A DNA stretch of 63,648 nucleotides, filler included, from Alloascoidea hylecoeti (Eukaryota): assembly GCA_001600815.1 (NCBI GenBank). It is 4 parts of 4 records of this genome, joined end to end, with 100 filler letters (N's around TTAATTAATTAA, not from the genome) between each part and the next. Parts side by side here need not be neighbours in the genome. Positions count along the whole stretch, not along the records: positions 56,309 to 63,648 come from BCKZ01000026.1; 3 more parts are not named here. The stretch is one strand, 5' to 3'. This document shows, in pieces, positions 60,210 to 63,648 of this stretch (positions are counted from its first letter, which is position 1; every line of letters begins with the position of its first letter). The position numbers and the translations under genes are program-made. The notes beneath the pieces were generated by a model. That model was not told the origin of the DNA and searched no databases. It saw only the letters and a list, made by a program, of their open reading frames with translations.

Positions 60210-62771
60210 ATAACCTCATGCTACCATCTTTTTTCTTCACAAATAATACTGGTGCCGAATATGGGGACTGTGACCTGGATATTGACCCATTTTCCAACAG
60301 CTCTCTTAGCTGTCGTTGTAGTTCTTCATTATCCTTATATGACATTCTATAAGGAGCTCTAGCCGGTGGTTTAGACCCTTCCATTATCTCTATGTTATGA
60401 TAAAACTGGTGCTGTCGTTCCGGTACTCCTTTTGGTTGTATATTGGTCACAACGTCTTCATATCCGCTCAAGAATTTAGGTAGTTCTGGTTCTGGTTTGG
60501 TTGACTCTGTTACTTCATTCACTTCCAACGGTTCTTCGTCTTCAACTTTTATTTGTACTCGTCCCCAACTGTTGTGTTTAATTTCCTTCAGAAATTCTGT
60601 CACACCAAGGGTTTGGCACTTAACTGACTCAGGTTCATTACTCCTGAGGTTGGGCTCACAGGTTCTACGATTAGTGAATATGTTGGTTAAACCTTTAAAA
60701 ACTTCCAATACTTTATTATTATTTTTCTTTACTTCTTTACTTAAACTCTTAACTTCTTTATTTTCTTCTTTCTTTTTTATGTCTTTAACTATTTCTTTTG
60801 ATGTGACAAGGCTTGGTTTTCTATTTTTCATACTACTAAAATCACATACATTATTATTACATACATATTTTCTTGCCATATTTTCCTTTATAATCAGGCC
60901 CTTAACTCTGGGTCTTGGTTCTCCTTTTCCATTGGCATCTTTTTTCTTTTCTAAATCAATATTTTTTCTTCCACTCGCCATTGTGGGTCTTTTTGGGTTT
61001 TTATAATTTTTTCTGGTTTTTATATTTTTAACGTTTTTTCTTATTTTTTCTGCCTTGTCTTTTGCATCATCTTTTTCTTTTGTATAACTCTCTATTTTAT
61101 TTAGGTCTATTCCTTTGATCTCTGGCTGTTCCATGCTTAATATTTTCTTTGGGTCTTCATCTTTCTGTTCTTTATAAATGAATGGTCTTCCTAAATATAC
61201 TTGATGGCTGAGTCCTTCTGTGACCCAGAAATCCATCTTCCAGTACCTATTTTCATATTTTAATTCTAACTTGACCACTCCTGTTACCAGCATCTCGTTA
61301 CTAGCTTGTGCTGTGTTTAGGACCCTTGGAACCGCCAACTGCCGGACTGTATTTGAGGCACCCACCAATTCTATAGCGCGAGTATCTATTAACATTGAGG
61401 AACAACCAGAATCTATAAGGCATGGCACTAATTTACCATTAATTTGGAATGGAATTTCCTTTAACATCATGTTCAGGGGTACTTCTTCTTCTAAATCCTG
61501 ACCTAATTCTGGGGTTCTCTTCGTACTACGCACTGTGGTACTAGCTGTTGTTACTATTACATCCCTTGGTCCCAACTTCGGTATCACCCTTGGTTGGTTT
61601 GGGCTGTCTTTCGTTAACAACTGGGGGCCTTTTATACCAATATTACCGGTCCTTCTTAATATTGGGTTGCTTTTGGGCAATTTTGCTTGCTATGCCCTTT
61701 CTCATGGCAGTGAAAACATCTGCCTTCTCTCTTTAAGAGATTGAGTGCTTTCCAGTTCAGTCTCTTCCCGGGGGTCAGTGCTGTCACTGACATTTCGGTA
61801 TCCCCGTCTGCATCTACCCGTCTCTCGCCATAGTTGTTATATCTATTTTGGGTACCCCGTCGTCCTTCATTTCTGTTGAAGTTGGCTCTTGGGAACCTGT
61901 GTTGTGATTGTCGATGTCTTTCTCTTTCGTGGTACGAGCTCCGTAGTTCGTCCAGACGTATAGCCCTGGTCATACAGGGTTTCAGGTTTTCGGGGCGGTC
62001 TTCAGCCATTCTGCTCCTGAGATGGGGCTTCAATCCATCGATAAATTTTTGTAATTCTGCTTCCGCACCGTTGGGTGGAAGCAGTCTCAATATTTCTCGG
62101 TACTGGTTGACATATTCTGCCGCCGAACCAGTTTGTCTTAGATCTAACCATTTTCTGGTTAGAGTATTGATGTAGTCCAACGGGTAGAAGGCTTCTCGCA
62201 GTAGCTCTTCAAATTCTTCGAATGAACCCTCTCTAGCGTCCTCTCTGTAGGACGACATGTACCAGGTGTACGCGCTCTTACTCATGAAGTTTGCGGCGTA
62301 CCTTATTTTGTGTATCTCCGCTGTGTCCAACGGAAATCCACTGAAGTATTGTCTTAACATCATAAACCAGTTGTCTATGAATTCGGGGTCTCTTTTACCG
62401 TCGAATACTTCTATTCTTATCGGTGGTGGTGCAAACGGACTTACTTCGTTCGTTTGCTGGTATTGCGCGGGTCTTGGCGTAGACCCTTGCGCATGCCCAA
62501 AGTTGTGGTGATCTGTCATTGCGCTCACAACGGATTCGCTCTCGCTCGTGGTAATGTCTTCTTCTGGGTTATACCCAAGTAGTACCATTAATGTCTCTCG
62601 GTTCGGTTAGTATGTAACTCTTAGAAGCGCCGCTACCAGTCTTAAGGAATCTATCACCAAGTGGTTCTAAATTACTTATAAGATCTTTTAATAGAGTTAT
62701 ACGCTACAGTGAACTTTACGTCAATTAATTTTAAACTTAACTTAAATCTTTATTCAAATACCTAATACTTA
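60210..62771 (-). mobile_element. Gypsy family B 5' half: partial LTR (62643-62771), PBS, gag (62588-61656), pol PR to RT start (61680-60210)
   Basis: PBS TGGTAGCG (62638-62631) is complementary to the initiator tRNA-Met 3' end. Gag knuckle CFHCHEKGHSKQNC, protease LIDSGC. Confidence 0.93.
61621..61677 (-). promoter_or_regulatory. Candidate -1 ribosomal frameshift signal
   Basis: C CCA AAA in the gag frame (61677-61671), 5-nt spacer, then a 9-bp stem CCAATATTA/TAATATTGG. Confidence 0.6.
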
Positions 62772-63396
62772 TGAGAAGTATTTCAGAAAAATAGATTCTC
62801 AGCGCATCCACGAATTTAAAGTTAATTTTGGCAGAATATTAGTCAACGTTATAAAATAAGTTATTAAGTATTTGAATAAAGATTTAAGTTAAGTTTAAAA
62901 TTAATTGACGTAAAGTTCACTGTAGCGTATAACTCTAACAAAAAGATCTTATAAGCAATTTAGAACCACCTGGTGATAGATTCCTTAAGACTGGTAGCGG
63001 CGCTTCTAAGAGTTACATACTAACCGAACCGAGAGAAATTAATGGCACTATTTGGGTACAACCCAGGAGAAGAAATTAGTGAAAGCGAGAGCGAATCTGT
63101 TGTGAGTGCAATGACAGACCACAACAACTTTGGGCATGCGCAAAGGTCTACGCCAGGACCCGCGCAATACCAGCAAACGAACGAAGTAAGTCCGTTTGCT
63201 CCACCACCGCTAAGAATAGAAGTATTCGACGGTAAAAGAGACCCCGAATTCATAGACAACTGGTTTATAATGTTAAGGCAATACTTCAGTGGATTTCCGT
63301 TGGACACAGCGGAGATACACAAAATAAGGTACGCTGCAAACTTCATGAGTAAGAGCGCGTACACTTGGTACATGTCGTCCTACAGAGAGGACGCTA
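62770..63396 (+). mobile_element. Gypsy family B copy: 5' LTR (about 62770-62991), PBS 62992-62999, gag 63042 truncated at about 63396
   Basis: Near-identical inverted copy of 62234-62771. Gag breaks after YREDA. Confidence 0.9.
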
Positions 63397-63407
63397 TGAA
63401 TGCTATG

Positions 63408-63535
63408 AAATCTTTTAATTTTTTTCAGAAACAAAAATCTTTTAATTTTTTTCAAACTTTTGTCGAATCTTTCAATTTTTTTCAGATTCTTTCAAATTCC
63501 AGAATTCTTTCAAATCCTGTGCTAATCTTTTAATC
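63408..63535 (+). repeat. Short degenerate tandem repeats AATCTTTTAATTTTTTTCA
   Basis: Three clear units plus degenerate TCTTTCAAAT units replace the rest of gag. Confidence 0.6.
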
Positions 63536-63648
63536 TTGTACAGAAAAGCAATTCACACCGATATAAGAATGCCCTTTAATCTTATGTACTGGTTGGGAGC
63601 TCATCAAACTTATTATATTTTTTTTTTTTTTTCTTCCCATATGTATAT

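Noticed and set aside
58356..63373. Antisense ORFs such as 58356..58904, 60443..61006, 61834..62175 and 63020..63373
   Set aside because: Shadows of Lys-rich or gag reading frames with no independent features.

Overview
AT-rich, intron-containing budding-yeast (Saccharomycotina-like) DNA. CTG reads as Leu at conserved MOT1 positions. The window is four contigs joined by artificial 100-bp linkers (N44-TTAATTAATTAA-N44 at 18141, 45077 and 56209), plus one 435-N scaffold gap. Host genes: MRP8, SSM4/DOA10, a PUT4-like permease, a Ser/Thr-rich cell-wall protein, a DPB3-like histone fold, MRPL27, a PSP1-family gene, LYS20/21, MOT1, a FAR3/SIKE-like coiled coil, DGK1, a perilipin, a SUN protein, a few hypotheticals, tRNA-Asp(GUC) and tRNA-Leu(UAA). 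Mobile DNA is abundant: L1/Zorro-like LINE fragments clustered around the two tRNA genes, two Ty3/gypsy families (one single-ORF, one with a candidate -1 frameshift and a chromodomain-like tail, nested in inverted orientation), two pogo/Fot1 transposase relics and possible Mutator relics. The most notable observation is that the intact stand-alone ORF 6814-7875 aligns by eye, block by block, with the frameshifted LINE ORF1 at 23367-24230 but lacks the zinc knuckle and any ORF2. It is therefore a candidate domesticated LINE ORF1p gene. All homology calls are by-eye recognition, with no database search.
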